From: Candidatus Fervidifonticultor sextus
Lineage (GTDB): Bacteria > Sysuimicrobiota > Sysuimicrobiia > Sysuimicrobiales > Humicultoraceae
Assembly (NCBI GenBank): GCA_031459875.1
Contig: JAVKHQ010000015.1
Span: 1-64,000 of the forward strand
Reading direction: 5' to 3'
Length of the DNA stretch: 64,000 nt
The number at the start of each line of letters is the position of its first letter. Positions within the stretch are counted from its first letter, which is position 1. The notes beneath the pieces were generated by a model. That model saw only the letters and a list, made by a program, of their open reading frames with translations. It did not search any database and was not told the DNA's origin. The position numbers and the translations under genes were made by a program. This document shows positions 20,032 to 29,069 of this stretch, piece after piece.

Positions 20032-21315
20032 ATGCAGCATGCCGATGTGGCCTGGATGGTTACCGCCACCGCCCTGGTGCTGTTGATGACACCGGCGCTG
20101 GGCTTCTTCTACGGCGGTCTGGTCCGGGCGAAGAACGCCTTGAACACCATAATGATGAGTTTCGCTTCCCTGGGGTTTGTCGGCATCGCGTGGGCCCTGG
20201 CCGGTTACTCCCTGGCATTCGGCCCTGGCTCGCCCTGGTTGGGGGGCCTCGCGCACGCGCTGCTGCGCGGCGTGGGTCTGGAGTCCCAGGGGACCATCCC
20301 GCACCTGCTGTTTGCGGCCTACCAGGCGACTTTCGCCATCATCACGGCTGCGCTGATCTCTGGCGCGATCGTCGAGCGGATGCAGTTCCGGGCCTATCTG
20401 GTCTTCCTCACCCTGTGGGGGGTGCTGGTCTACGCGCCGATCGCCCACTGGGTATGGGGCGGTGGGTGGCTCGGCAAACTCGGCGCGCTGGACTTCGCGG
20501 GCGGCACGGTGGTGCACATCAACGCCGGCGTGGCCGCCGTAATCGCGGCGCTCGTGCTCGGTCCGCGCAAGGACTACGCGCGCCAGGCCATCCTCCCGCA
20601 CAGCGTCCCCTTCACGCTGCTGGGCGCCGGGCTGTTGTGGTTTGGGTGGTTCGGCTTCAACGCCGGTAGTGCGCTGGGTGCCACCCCCATCGCCGCCCTG
20701 GCGTTCGTGAACACCATGCTCGCCCCCGCGGCCACGCTGATCGTCTGGACCATGCTGGACCTCGGCCGCACCGGGCGGGCCACGGCGGTCGGCGCCGCCA
20801 CGGCCATCGTGGTGGGGCTGGTAGCCGTCACGCCGGCGGCGGGCTTCGTGAGCCCACTGGCCGCGATCCTCCTGGGCGCGCTCGCCGCCTTCCCCAGTTA
20901 CTACGCGGTCCTGTGGAGGGCCCGGACCCGGCTGGACGACTCGCTGGACGTACTGGCCGCGCACGGCGTCGGGGGCACGGTCGGCGCGATCCTCACCGGG
21001 GTCCTGGCGCAGAAGGCCTGGAACGGGGTGGCTGACGGACTGATCGCCGGCAACCCAGCGCAGGTCGCAATCCAGGCCCTCGCCGTACTGGCCGCGGCCG
21101 CCTACAGCGCCGGGGGGACACTGGTGCTCCTCAAACTGGTCGGCGCGTTCCTGCCGCTGCGCGTGGCTGATCCCGCCGCGGAGGGACTTGGGTTGGACGT
21201 CAGCCAGCACGGCGAAGAAGCCTACTCCACCGGGGAGGGCGCTATCCTGGTGCTGACCGAGCCGGCGCCGCTTGGTCCCGAACCCACACCTGAGCCCGCA
21301 GGAGGACCTGCATGA
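20032..21315 (+). CDS. amtB: Ammonium transporter
   Basis: LMTPALGFFYGGLVR.KN, DFAGGTVVHINAG, LWFGWFGFNAGS, DDSLDV..HG, HGEEAY. Confidence 0.96.
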   Translation: MQHADVAWMVTATALVLLMTPALGFFYGGLVRAKNALNTIMMSFASLGFVGIAWALAGYSLAFGPGSPWLGGLAHALLRGVGLESQGTIPHLLFAAYQATFAIITAALISGAIVERMQFRAYLVFLTLWGVLVYAPIAHWVWGGGWLGKLGALDFAGGTVVHINAGVAAVIAALVLGPRKDYARQAILPHSVPFTLLGAGLLWFGWFGFNAGSALGATPIAALAFVNTMLAPAATLIVWTMLDLGRTGRATAVGAATAIVVGLVAVTPAAGFVSPLAAILLGALAAFPSYYAVLWRARTRLDDSLDVLAAHGVGGTVGAILTGVLAQKAWNGVADGLIAGNPAQVAIQALAVLAAAAYSAGGTLVLLKLVGAFLPLRVADPAAEGLGLDVSQHGEEAYSTGEGAILVLTEPAPLGPEPTPEPAGGPA

Positions 21316-21662
21316 AACTCGTGGTGGCGATTGTCCGTCCAGAGAAACTCAATAACGTGCTCGAGGCGCTGTTCCGCACCGAGGTGCGCGGGCTGACGAT
21401 CAGCCGGGTCCAGGGCCACGGCGGTGAGACCGAGCAGGTCCAGACCTATCGCGGCACCACGGTGAAGATGGAACTCTCAGAGAAGGTCCGCCTGGAAATC
21501 GGCGTGTCCGACCACTTCGTGGATCCCACGGTGCAGACCATCCTGGGGTCGGCCGGCACTGGCGAGGTCGGCGACGGGAAGATCTTCGTCCTGCCCGTGG
21601 AGAACGTCTACCGTATCCGCACAGGGGAGCGGGACGAGGCAGCCGTCACGCCGGTGGGCTAA
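21312..21662 (+). CDS. glnK: P-II family nitrogen regulator
   Basis: MKLVVAIVRPEKL, YRG, GTGEVGDGKIF, RIRTGE; ATGA overlap with amtB. Confidence 0.92.
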   Translation: MKLVVAIVRPEKLNNVLEALFRTEVRGLTISRVQGHGGETEQVQTYRGTTVKMELSEKVRLEIGVSDHFVDPTVQTILGSAGTGEVGDGKIFVLPVENVYRIRTGERDEAAVTPVG

Positions 21663-21708
21663 CGCGAAAGAGGGGACCCGGCGCGCTTCGGCGTAGTAGA
21701 GCCGGCGC

Positions 21709-22839
21709 GTGTACGACGTCATCGTCCTGGGTCTGGGCGGCATGGGCAGCGCCGCCGCCTACCATCTGGCCCGCCGCGGGAAGCGCGTGCTGGGGCTGGA
21801 CCGTTTTCCGCCGGCGCACGACCGCGGGTCGTCCCACGGCCGTTCCCGCATCATCCGCGAGGCCTACTTCGAGCACCCGGCGTATGTGCCGCTGGTGCAG
21901 CATGCCTACCATCTCTGGGCGGACCTCGAGCGGGCCAGCGAAAGGCGGCTCCTCCTGACCACCGGCGGGATCATGATCGGGCCGCCATCGGGCGCACTGG
22001 TCCGCGGGACGCTGGAGAGCGCCCGCCTCCACCGGCTTCAGCACGAGGTCCTGGACGCCCCCGAGGTCCGCCGGCGCTTCCCGGTGTTCGTCCCCTCCGA
22101 CGACATGATCGGGGTCTACGAACCCCGGGCCGGCGTGCTCGACCCCGAGGCGTGTGTGCTGGCCCACCTGGAGCAGGCTGCCCGCGCCGGCGCCGACCTG
22201 CACCACGAGGAGCCGGTGCTGGCCTGGCAGGCAGCCGCAGATCGCGTCGAAGTCCGCACCCCCGGCGCCCGGTACGAAGCCGGCCGCCTGGTCGTCGCCG
22301 CCGGGCCCTGGGCGCCGACGGTGCTGGCCGACCTGGGCCTGCCGCTGGCCGTGGGGCGCCAGATCGTGGTCTGGTTCCGGCCGGCCTTCCTCCACGACGC
22401 CTTTGACCCCGCGCGGTGTCCCGTCTACATCTGGCAGGTGGACGGCGGCCTCTTCTACGGGTTTCCGCACCTGAACCGCGACGGCGTCAAGGTCGCCGAG
22501 CACTCGCCGGGCGATCCGACCACGGCCGACACCGTCACCCGCCGGGTCGCGCCCCAGGAAGTCCAGAGACTCCGGAGGACCTTCGTGGACCGCTACATGC
22601 CGGGGGCCGGCGGCGCAGTCGTCGCCACCGGCGTGTGCCTGTACACGATGACCCCGGATACCCACTTCATCATCGATCTACACCCGCGGCACCCCCACGT
22701 GGTCGTTGCCTGCGGGTTTTCGGGCCACGGGTTCAAGTTCGCCCCGACCGTCGGCGAGATCGCGGCCGATCTGGCGGTGGACGGGAAGACCCGACACGAG
22801 ACGGCGCTGTTCGCCGTGGGCCGGTTCGTCCGGGCATAA
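21709..22839 (+). CDS. solA: N-methyl-L-tryptophan oxidase / monomeric sarcosine oxidase family
   Basis: GLGGMGSAA, GSSHGRSRIIR.AYFE, CLYTMTPD, GFSGHGFKFAP. Confidence 0.85.
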   Translation: MYDVIVLGLGGMGSAAAYHLARRGKRVLGLDRFPPAHDRGSSHGRSRIIREAYFEHPAYVPLVQHAYHLWADLERASERRLLLTTGGIMIGPPSGALVRGTLESARLHRLQHEVLDAPEVRRRFPVFVPSDDMIGVYEPRAGVLDPEACVLAHLEQAARAGADLHHEEPVLAWQAAADRVEVRTPGARYEAGRLVVAAGPWAPTVLADLGLPLAVGRQIVVWFRPAFLHDAFDPARCPVYIWQVDGGLFYGFPHLNRDGVKVAEHSPGDPTTADTVTRRVAPQEVQRLRRTFVDRYMPGAGGAVVATGVCLYTMTPDTHFIIDLHPRHPHVVVACGFSGHGFKFAPTVGEIAADLAVDGKTRHETALFAVGRFVRA

Positions 22840-22881
22840 CGTCTGCGGGCGCAGGCGGGTACGGCGGGCGCGAGCCGAGGC

Positions 22882-22911
22882 TTGCCGGGTTCGTGCCTCC
22901 GATGCTACGAT
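22882..22911 (+). promoter_or_regulatory. Putative sigma70 promoter of the aminotransferase-serS operon
   Basis: TTGCCG-N18-TACGAT with extended TG. Confidence 0.5.
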
Positions 22912-22914
22912 GAC

Positions 22915-23036
22915 AAAAGTACGGGCGCGCCCGTGACAGCGCATGGAGAGTCCGGGCCGGTATGAGGCCCGGGAACGCGAGGGGCACCGCGGGCTCAAGA
23001 CCCCGTCTCCGGCCAGGCGGGGTTTTATCTTTGAGC
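22915..23036 (+). ncRNA. Degenerate/partial T-box leader (stem IIA, stem III, antiterminator/terminator)
   Basis: GCGC-CCGTGACA-GCGC; CCGGGCC/GGCCCGG; GAG[GGGCACC]GCGGG..CCCGTCTC antiterminator; terminator ACCCCGTCT/AGGCGGGGT-TTT; lies upstream of serS operon. Confidence 0.6.
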
Positions 23037-23068
23037 GCCGCGGGAACATCTTGTTCGGGAGGTGAACC

Positions 23069-24217
23069 GTGCGGCAATACCTGCTCATCCCGGGTCCGAC
23101 GCCGCTGCCCGACGAGGTCCTGGCGGCCTCGGCGCGGCAGATGCTGAACCATCGCGGCCCTGAATTCGGCCGGCTGCTGGCCGAGACGCTGGCGGCGCTC
23201 CGGCGTATCTTCCTGACCCGCCACGTCATCCTGCCGTTTGCCGCCTCGGGCACCGGCGGGCTGGAGGCGGCGGTGGTCAACCTCTGCTCGCCGGGCGATG
23301 AGGTCGTGGCGGTCTGCGGCGGTGTCTTTGGCGATCGGTTCGCGGCGATCGCCGAGGCCTACGGCCTTGCGGTGGTGCGGGTCACCGTGCCGTGGGGGCA
23401 GGCGGTCGATCCTGAGGCGGTGCGCGAGGCGCTGCGCAGGACCCCCCGGGCCCGGGCGGTGCTGGTCACGCAGAGCGAGACCTCGACCGGGGTGCGCCAC
23501 GACGTGGCCGCCATCGCGTCGGTAGTGCGCGACTCTCCGGCGCTGATGGTGGTGGATGCCGTGAGTTCGCTGGGCGCTATCGAACTGCGCACCGACGAGT
23601 GGGGGCTGGACGTGGTGGTCACCGGCTCGCAGAAAGCGCTCATGGCGCCGCCGGGCCTGGCGCTCGTCAGCGTCTCGGACCGGGCGTGGGAGGCGGTCAG
23701 GGAAGCACGGTTGCCGCGGTTCTACTGGTCGTTTGAGCGGATGCGGACCGAGCTCGGCGACCCGGAGGCCTACACCCCCTTCACGCCGGCCATCAGCGTG
23801 GTCTATGCGCTGCATGCCGGCCTCCGTCTCGTCGAGGCGGAAGGGTTAGAGGCCCGGTGGGCCCGGCACCGGCGCGTCGCCCAGGCGGTGCGGGCCGGCG
23901 TGCGTGCGCTGGGCCTGCGGGTCGTGCCAAAGGAACAGGATGCCAGCGAGACGGTCACGGCGGTCTGGCTTCCCGACGGCACCGACGACGGCGCGCTGTT
24001 GAAGCGGCTTCGGACCGAGCACGGTGTCGTCCTGGGCGGCGGGCAGGGGCCGATGCGCGGGAAGATCTTCCGATTCGGCCACCTGGGGTGGGTGCCGGAC
24101 GCGGACGTCCTGGCCGGGCTGCGGGCGCTTGAGGCCGTGCTGGCCCAGATCGGCGGCCCGGTGGGCAGAGGGGCCGACGCGGCGGCCCTGGAGGTGCTCA
24201 CCCGCGCGCCGGCGTGA
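23069..24217 (+). CDS. Class V PLP aminotransferase (serine-pyruvate/alanine-glyoxylate or phosphoserine aminotransferase type)
   Basis: IPGPT, HRGPEF, SGTGGLEA, ETSTGV, VDAVSSLG, GSQKALMAPPGL, TPFTP. Confidence 0.88.
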   Translation: MRQYLLIPGPTPLPDEVLAASARQMLNHRGPEFGRLLAETLAALRRIFLTRHVILPFAASGTGGLEAAVVNLCSPGDEVVAVCGGVFGDRFAAIAEAYGLAVVRVTVPWGQAVDPEAVREALRRTPRARAVLVTQSETSTGVRHDVAAIASVVRDSPALMVVDAVSSLGAIELRTDEWGLDVVVTGSQKALMAPPGLALVSVSDRAWEAVREARLPRFYWSFERMRTELGDPEAYTPFTPAISVVYALHAGLRLVEAEGLEARWARHRRVAQAVRAGVRALGLRVVPKEQDASETVTAVWLPDGTDDGALLKRLRTEHGVVLGGGQGPMRGKIFRFGHLGWVPDADVLAGLRALEAVLAQIGGPVGRGADAAALEVLTRAPA

Positions 24218-24255
24218 CCGCACGGGAGCCGGGTGGAGTCGCTGGAGGACGGTCC

Positions 24256-25530
24256 ATGCTGGACCTCAAGAAGATCCGGGAAGATCCGGAGAGGTTCAAG
24301 GCCGGTTTGCGCAAGCGAGGCCGCGACCCCCGCGCCATCGACGAGGTCCTCGAGGCCGACCGCCGGCGCCGCAGCCTGCTGGCCGATGTGGAGCGGTTGC
24401 GGGCCGAGCAGAACCGCGCTTCCGCCGAGATCCCGAGACTGAGCGGGCCGGATCGGGAGTCTCGGATCGGCGAGATGCGGGCCCTCGCCGCGCGGATCCG
24501 CGCTCTGGAGCCCGAGGTGTCGCGGGTCGAAGCCGAACTGGATGCGCTGCTGCGCACGCTGCCCAACCATCCCGACGAGACCGTGCCCGAAGGCGTGGAT
24601 GCGTCCCAGAACGTGGTGGTCCGCACCTGGGGCGAACCGCCCGTCTTCGACTTCCCTCCGCTGGATCACGTCGACCTCGGGACGCGCCTGGGCATTCTCG
24701 ACTTCGAGCGGGGCGCGAAGGCGTCGGGGTCGCGCTTCTACTATCTGAAAGGTGACGGCGTCCTGCTGGAGATGGCCCTGGCCCGCCTGGCGCTCGACCT
24801 GCTGGCCGCCGAGGGGTTTGTGCTGGTGGAGACCCCGATGCTGGTGCGCAGTGGCGTCATCACCGGCGCGTGGGGTGGCGTCGCGCTGGACACCCAGCAG
24901 ACGTACAAGATCGAGGACGAGGACCTGGCGCTGATCGGGACCAGCGAGCAGAGCCTGGCCGCCTATCACATGGACGAGACCCTGGACGCCGCCCTGCTGC
25001 CCCTGCGCTACGCGGGCATCTCCTGGTGCTTCCGTCGCGAGGCCGGTTCGTACGGCCGGGACATCCGCGGGCTGTACCGCGTGCACCAGTTCTTCAAGAT
25101 CGAGATGTTCTCGTTCGCGCACCCCGACCGGTCGGCCGAGGAACACGAGTACCTGGTGAGCCTGGAGGAGCGCTTCGTGCGGACGCTGGGGCTCCCCCAC
25201 CGGGTCGTGTTGCTGTGCGGCGCCGACCTGGGGTCGGCCATGGCCAAGACCTACGATGTCGAGACCTGGATGCCGGGGCGCGGCGGCTACGGTGAGACGC
25301 ACTCGTGCAGCAACGCCGCCGACTTCCAGGCCCGCCGCCTGGGGATCCGGTTCCGCGAGGGAGCGCGGGGCGGGACCGACTACGTGCACACGCTTAACGG
25401 CACCCTGGTGGCCACCAGCCGGGCCCTGATCGCCGTGCTGGAGAACGGCCAGCAACCCGACGGCAGCGTGCGGATTCCCGAGGCCCTCGTGCCCTACATG
25501 GGAGGCCGGACCGTGCTCGTGCCCACGTAA
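24256..25530 (+). CDS. serS: Serine--tRNA ligase
   Basis: MLDLKKIR, coiled coil, GTSEQ, CFRREAGSYGRD.RGLYRVHQF, DFQARRL, HTLNGT. Confidence 0.96.
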   Translation: MLDLKKIREDPERFKAGLRKRGRDPRAIDEVLEADRRRRSLLADVERLRAEQNRASAEIPRLSGPDRESRIGEMRALAARIRALEPEVSRVEAELDALLRTLPNHPDETVPEGVDASQNVVVRTWGEPPVFDFPPLDHVDLGTRLGILDFERGAKASGSRFYYLKGDGVLLEMALARLALDLLAAEGFVLVETPMLVRSGVITGAWGGVALDTQQTYKIEDEDLALIGTSEQSLAAYHMDETLDAALLPLRYAGISWCFRREAGSYGRDIRGLYRVHQFFKIEMFSFAHPDRSAEEHEYLVSLEERFVRTLGLPHRVVLLCGADLGSAMAKTYDVETWMPGRGGYGETHSCSNAADFQARRLGIRFREGARGGTDYVHTLNGTLVATSRALIAVLENGQQPDGSVRIPEALVPYMGGRTVLVPT

Positions 25531-25537
25531 GGCGGGC

Positions 25538-26362
25538 ATGCAGGTCTCCCTCTACGTGGCGGCGTCCGGGTCGAGGTTCTGGGCGGCCTCGACCTCGATG
25601 AGCCTGGCCGAGGTCATGGCGCGTGCCGCGGACCTCGGCTACGACGCCATCGAGATCATGCCGCGGGCTGCAGGCGACCCCGACCCCGACGTCCTGCGCG
25701 CCACAGCCGCGCGATACGGCCTGACCGTCACCGCCGTGGCCTCAGGGTTCGTCGCGATCGAGCAGGGCTTGACCTTCACACACCCTGATGGGAAGGTCCG
25801 GCGCCGGGCCGTCGAGGCGGTGCGGGCCTGCATCGCCGACGCCCGGCGCGCCGGGGCGTCGTTTGTTTCCATCGGCCCTGTGAGGGGAAAATTGCAGGCC
25901 GGGATGGATCCCGCCGTCGCCCTGGAACACCTGATCGCGTGCCTCCGGGCCTGCGGGCTCACCGCCGGCAAGATGGGGATTACCCTGACGGTCGAGCCGG
26001 GCAACCGCTACGAGACGGACTTCATTCACACCGTGGACGAGGCCATAGCCTTCCTGGAGACGCTCGGGCTTCCGTCCGTGCGCCTGCAGGCCGACACGTT
26101 CCACATGAACATCGAGGAGGGCTCGCTGGCCGGCGCGATCCGCCGGGCCGCGCCGTACTTGGCCCACGTGCACCTGGCAGACAGCAACCGGCGCGCGCCG
26201 GGCTGGGGACACCTCGACTTCGAGGCGGTCATCGCCGCGTTGCGCGAGATCGCCTACCGCGGCGGCATCGGCCTGGAGATCCTGTTCGAGCCCGACTTCG
26301 AGTCCGCGGCCCGTCAGGGGATCCGCTTCGTGCGCGACCGGTTCGACGGCCGGGCATCGTAG
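25538..26362 (+). CDS. Sugar phosphate isomerase/epimerase (xylose isomerase-like TIM barrel, D-psicose/IolO-like)
   Basis: EPGNRYET, DTFHMNIEE, HVHLADSNRRAPGWGHLDF. Confidence 0.88.
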   Translation: MQVSLYVAASGSRFWAASTSMSLAEVMARAADLGYDAIEIMPRAAGDPDPDVLRATAARYGLTVTAVASGFVAIEQGLTFTHPDGKVRRRAVEAVRACIADARRAGASFVSIGPVRGKLQAGMDPAVALEHLIACLRACGLTAGKMGITLTVEPGNRYETDFIHTVDEAIAFLETLGLPSVRLQADTFHMNIEEGSLAGAIRRAAPYLAHVHLADSNRRAPGWGHLDFEAVIAALREIAYRGGIGLEILFEPDFESAARQGIRFVRDRFDGRAS

Positions 26363-26380
26363 CCGCCTGGGAGGCGCGGT

Positions 26381-27307
26381 TCACCCCTCGGCAGCGGCGC
26401 CCTGCCCCCACGCGCTCATCCGCGGCCGGATGAAGTCGCGACCGAAGCAGATCTCCCCGTCGATGTCGTCGTAGGTCCCCGCCACGTCGATGTTGGCGAA
26501 GCCCTGGTACCCGACCTTGCGTAGCGCCCGCAGGGTGCTCTCCCAGGGGACCTGGCCTCTGCCCGGAGCCCAGTGGTAGTCGAAGACCCCATCGTTGTCG
26601 GCCAGGTGCACCAGGAAGATCCGCCCGGCCAGCTTCTCGATGGCGACGGGGAGGATCTCTTTCTGGACGAAGAAGTGAGCGGTGTCGAAGACGACGCCCA
26701 GGGCCGACGAGCCTGCGGCCTCCATGAGCCGCCGCGCCCCGTCGGCGGTGCTCACCATTTCGTAGGGCCGGACCTCCATGGCCAGACGCATCCGGGCCTG
26801 CGCGGCCACCTCCGCCATCGTGCCGATGGTGTTCACATACTGCGCCCACGCGTGCTCCCAGCGAAACGTGGGCGGGATCTCCACATTCACAGGGGGCGAG
26901 AAATCGTCGTAGAGTCGGCGGATCTCGACGGTCCACGACGGGTGCGGGGCAGAGTGAAAGTAGACCAGGTCGGTCCCCAGGGCCCGTGCGACCTCCAGCG
27001 ACCGCTTGAGGCCTTCGGTGGCCCGGCGGCGGGTGGCCGGATCCTCGCTGATGACCAGGTGACGGAGGAAGCCCGCCTCGAAGGCGCTGACCGCCACACC
27101 ACAATCCCGCCACCGCGCGGCACAGCGGCGGAGCGCCTCCAGGTCAGAAAAGTCTCTCGCCAGATGCTCCTGGCTGAACGCGGCGACCTCAATGCCCGCG
27201 AAGCCGCACCGGGCAGCCCAGTCGGCGAGAGCGTCGTGCTGCGCGAGATCGGGCTCACCCTGGAAATGGGTTCGAGCGTAGGCCACCGTCACGCCGAGGT
27301 GCACCAT
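26381..27307 (-). CDS. Sugar phosphate isomerase/epimerase family protein
   Basis: LAMEVRP, VVFDTAH, VHLADNDG..H..PGRG, GYQG; SD GGAGG. Confidence 0.82.
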   Translation of the reverse strand: MVHLGVTVAYARTHFQGEPDLAQHDALADWAARCGFAGIEVAAFSQEHLARDFSDLEALRRCAARWRDCGVAVSAFEAGFLRHLVISEDPATRRRATEGLKRSLEVARALGTDLVYFHSAPHPSWTVEIRRLYDDFSPPVNVEIPPTFRWEHAWAQYVNTIGTMAEVAAQARMRLAMEVRPYEMVSTADGARRLMEAAGSSALGVVFDTAHFFVQKEILPVAIEKLAGRIFLVHLADNDGVFDYHWAPGRGQVPWESTLRALRKVGYQGFANIDVAGTYDDIDGEICFGRDFIRPRMSAWGQGAAAEG

Positions 27308-27474
27308 CTGCCTCCCGAGGCTGATCTGCGGGCCGGAGGAGAAGTTCGCGGGTACCCGGGCGCTGCTCCTGGTGAAGGGGTGGGCGCGCCCGGCCAGAAA
27401 GAGTACAGGTGGGCCAGCATGTGTGGGTGGGGCGTACCATTCCAGAGCCGGTAGCAGCCGGCAGAGGGGATCGA

Positions 27475-27630
27475 CGGTCGTTGATCCGTTACGGCATGGA
27501 GGCGGAAGGGGTGCCGCTGACGGTGGACCAGCCCGACCCCAGGCACGTCCTGCCCCACCGCGAGGGGGAGCGGGTGACCCTCATCCTCCCTCCTGACGCT
27601 CACTTCCTGCCCGCCGACGCCAGGCGATGA
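27475..27630 (+). pseudogene. C-terminal TOBE-like remnant of an ABC transporter ATPase
   Basis: SLIRYGMEAEGVPLTVDQPDPR..EGERVTLILP resembles the TOBE tail of PotA/PhnT-type ATPases; no ATPase domain upstream. Confidence 0.4.
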
Positions 27631-27672
27631 TCACCCGGGGACAGGTCAATCTACCGGTGTTGGGAGGCCAGC

Positions 27673-29046
27673 GTGGCTGATCAGAGCACAAGCCGATTTG
27701 CCATCGAAGGGGACATGAACCTGACCCCCCGCCGGGCCGAGTGGGCCCGACGACACATCGACCCGCAGACCCGCCACTGGCTGGAGGAAGATGCCCGATA
27801 TTTCCTCCACCAGGCGCTGTCGACGCCCTGCCTGAACGTCTTGGGGCGCTGCGAGGGGATCTACATCGAGGATCTCGGGGGCCGCCGGTACATGGACTTC
27901 CACGGCAACAGCGTGCACCAGGTGGGATTCGGGCATCCCCGGGTGATCGAGGCGATCAAACGACAGCTGGACCGGCTGTCCTTCTGCACGCGACGTTACA
28001 CCAACATCCCGGCTGTTTCGCTGGCCAGGAAACTGGCCGAGATCACCCCGGGGCATTTGGGCAAATCGCTGTTCTGTCCCAATGGGGCCGCAGCCATCGG
28101 CATGGCCCTCCGGCTCGCGCGGGCGGCGACCGGACGGTTCAAGACCATCTCCATGTGGGACTCCTTCCACGGCGCGTCACTGGACGCGAGCAGCGTCGGG
28201 GGCCAGCGGATGTTCCGCGAGCAGGCCGGTCCGCTGTTGCCCGGGTCGGAGCACGTACCCCCCTACGATGCCTATCGGTGCCTGTGGGACTGCGGCGGTC
28301 GCTGCGACCTGCGGTGCGCCCGGTACGTCGAGTATGTCCTGGAGAAGGAAGGCGATGTGGCGGCGGTGGTCGCGGAGCCCGTCCGCGGGACGGTGTCCAT
28401 CCCGCCGGCCGAGTACTGGCAGGCCGTCCGCGCCGCCTGTGACCGCCACGGCGCGCTATTGATCTTCGACGAGATCCCCCACGCCCTGGGGCGGACAGGT
28501 CGGATGTTCGCCTGCGAGCACTTCGGGGTGGTCCCGGACATGCTGGTCCTGGGCAAGGGGCTGGGCGGCGGGATCTTCCCCATGGCGGCGCTGGTGACGA
28601 GGCCCGACCTGGACGTGATGGCCGACCGGGCGCTGGGCCACTTCACCCACGAGAAGAACCCGGTGGGCTGCGCGGCGGCCCTGGCCACGATCGAGGTCAT
28701 TGAGGAGGAAGGCCTCGTCGAGCACGCCCGGACCCTGGGCCAGCACGCGCTTGACCGCCTCCGGGACATGGCACAGCGCTACCCGCTTATCGGCGACGTG
28801 CGCGGGCTCGGTCTCTTTTTGGGCATCGAACTGGTCAGAGACCGGTCAACCAGGGAACCCGCCAACGACGAGGCCGATGCGATCATGTACCACGCCCTGG
28901 ACCGGGGCCTGAGTTTCAAGGTCACCCACGGCAACATCCTGACCCTCATCCCGCCGCTCCTGATCACGCAGGCGGAGATGGATCGCGCCCTGGACATCGT
29001 CGAGGAGGCGATCGGTGCGGCCAGCCGCCGGGCCGCCGGCGGGTAG
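27673..29046 (+). CDS. pbfA: Class III PLP enzyme, (R)-1-hydroxy-2-aminoethylphosphonate ammonia-lyase-like
   Basis: Characteristic EGD.N.TP.R..W N-terminus, FLHQALSTPCL, MDFHGNSVHQ, WDSFHGASLD, LGHFTHEKNP. Confidence 0.78.
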   Translation: MADQSTSRFAIEGDMNLTPRRAEWARRHIDPQTRHWLEEDARYFLHQALSTPCLNVLGRCEGIYIEDLGGRRYMDFHGNSVHQVGFGHPRVIEAIKRQLDRLSFCTRRYTNIPAVSLARKLAEITPGHLGKSLFCPNGAAAIGMALRLARAATGRFKTISMWDSFHGASLDASSVGGQRMFREQAGPLLPGSEHVPPYDAYRCLWDCGGRCDLRCARYVEYVLEKEGDVAAVVAEPVRGTVSIPPAEYWQAVRAACDRHGALLIFDEIPHALGRTGRMFACEHFGVVPDMLVLGKGLGGGIFPMAALVTRPDLDVMADRALGHFTHEKNPVGCAAALATIEVIEEEGLVEHARTLGQHALDRLRDMAQRYPLIGDVRGLGLFLGIELVRDRSTREPANDEADAIMYHALDRGLSFKVTHGNILTLIPPLLITQAEMDRALDIVEEAIGAASRRAAGG

Positions 29047-29069
29047 TGGTCAGTCGGCGATCGCCAGGG

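Noticed and set aside
22940..23020. Glycine or SAM riboswitch reading of the serS-operon leader
   Set aside because: GGAGAG is present, but the CCGAAG/CUCUCAGG (glycine) and AUC..GAG/GCAACC (SAM-I) cores are absent; T-box elements fit better.
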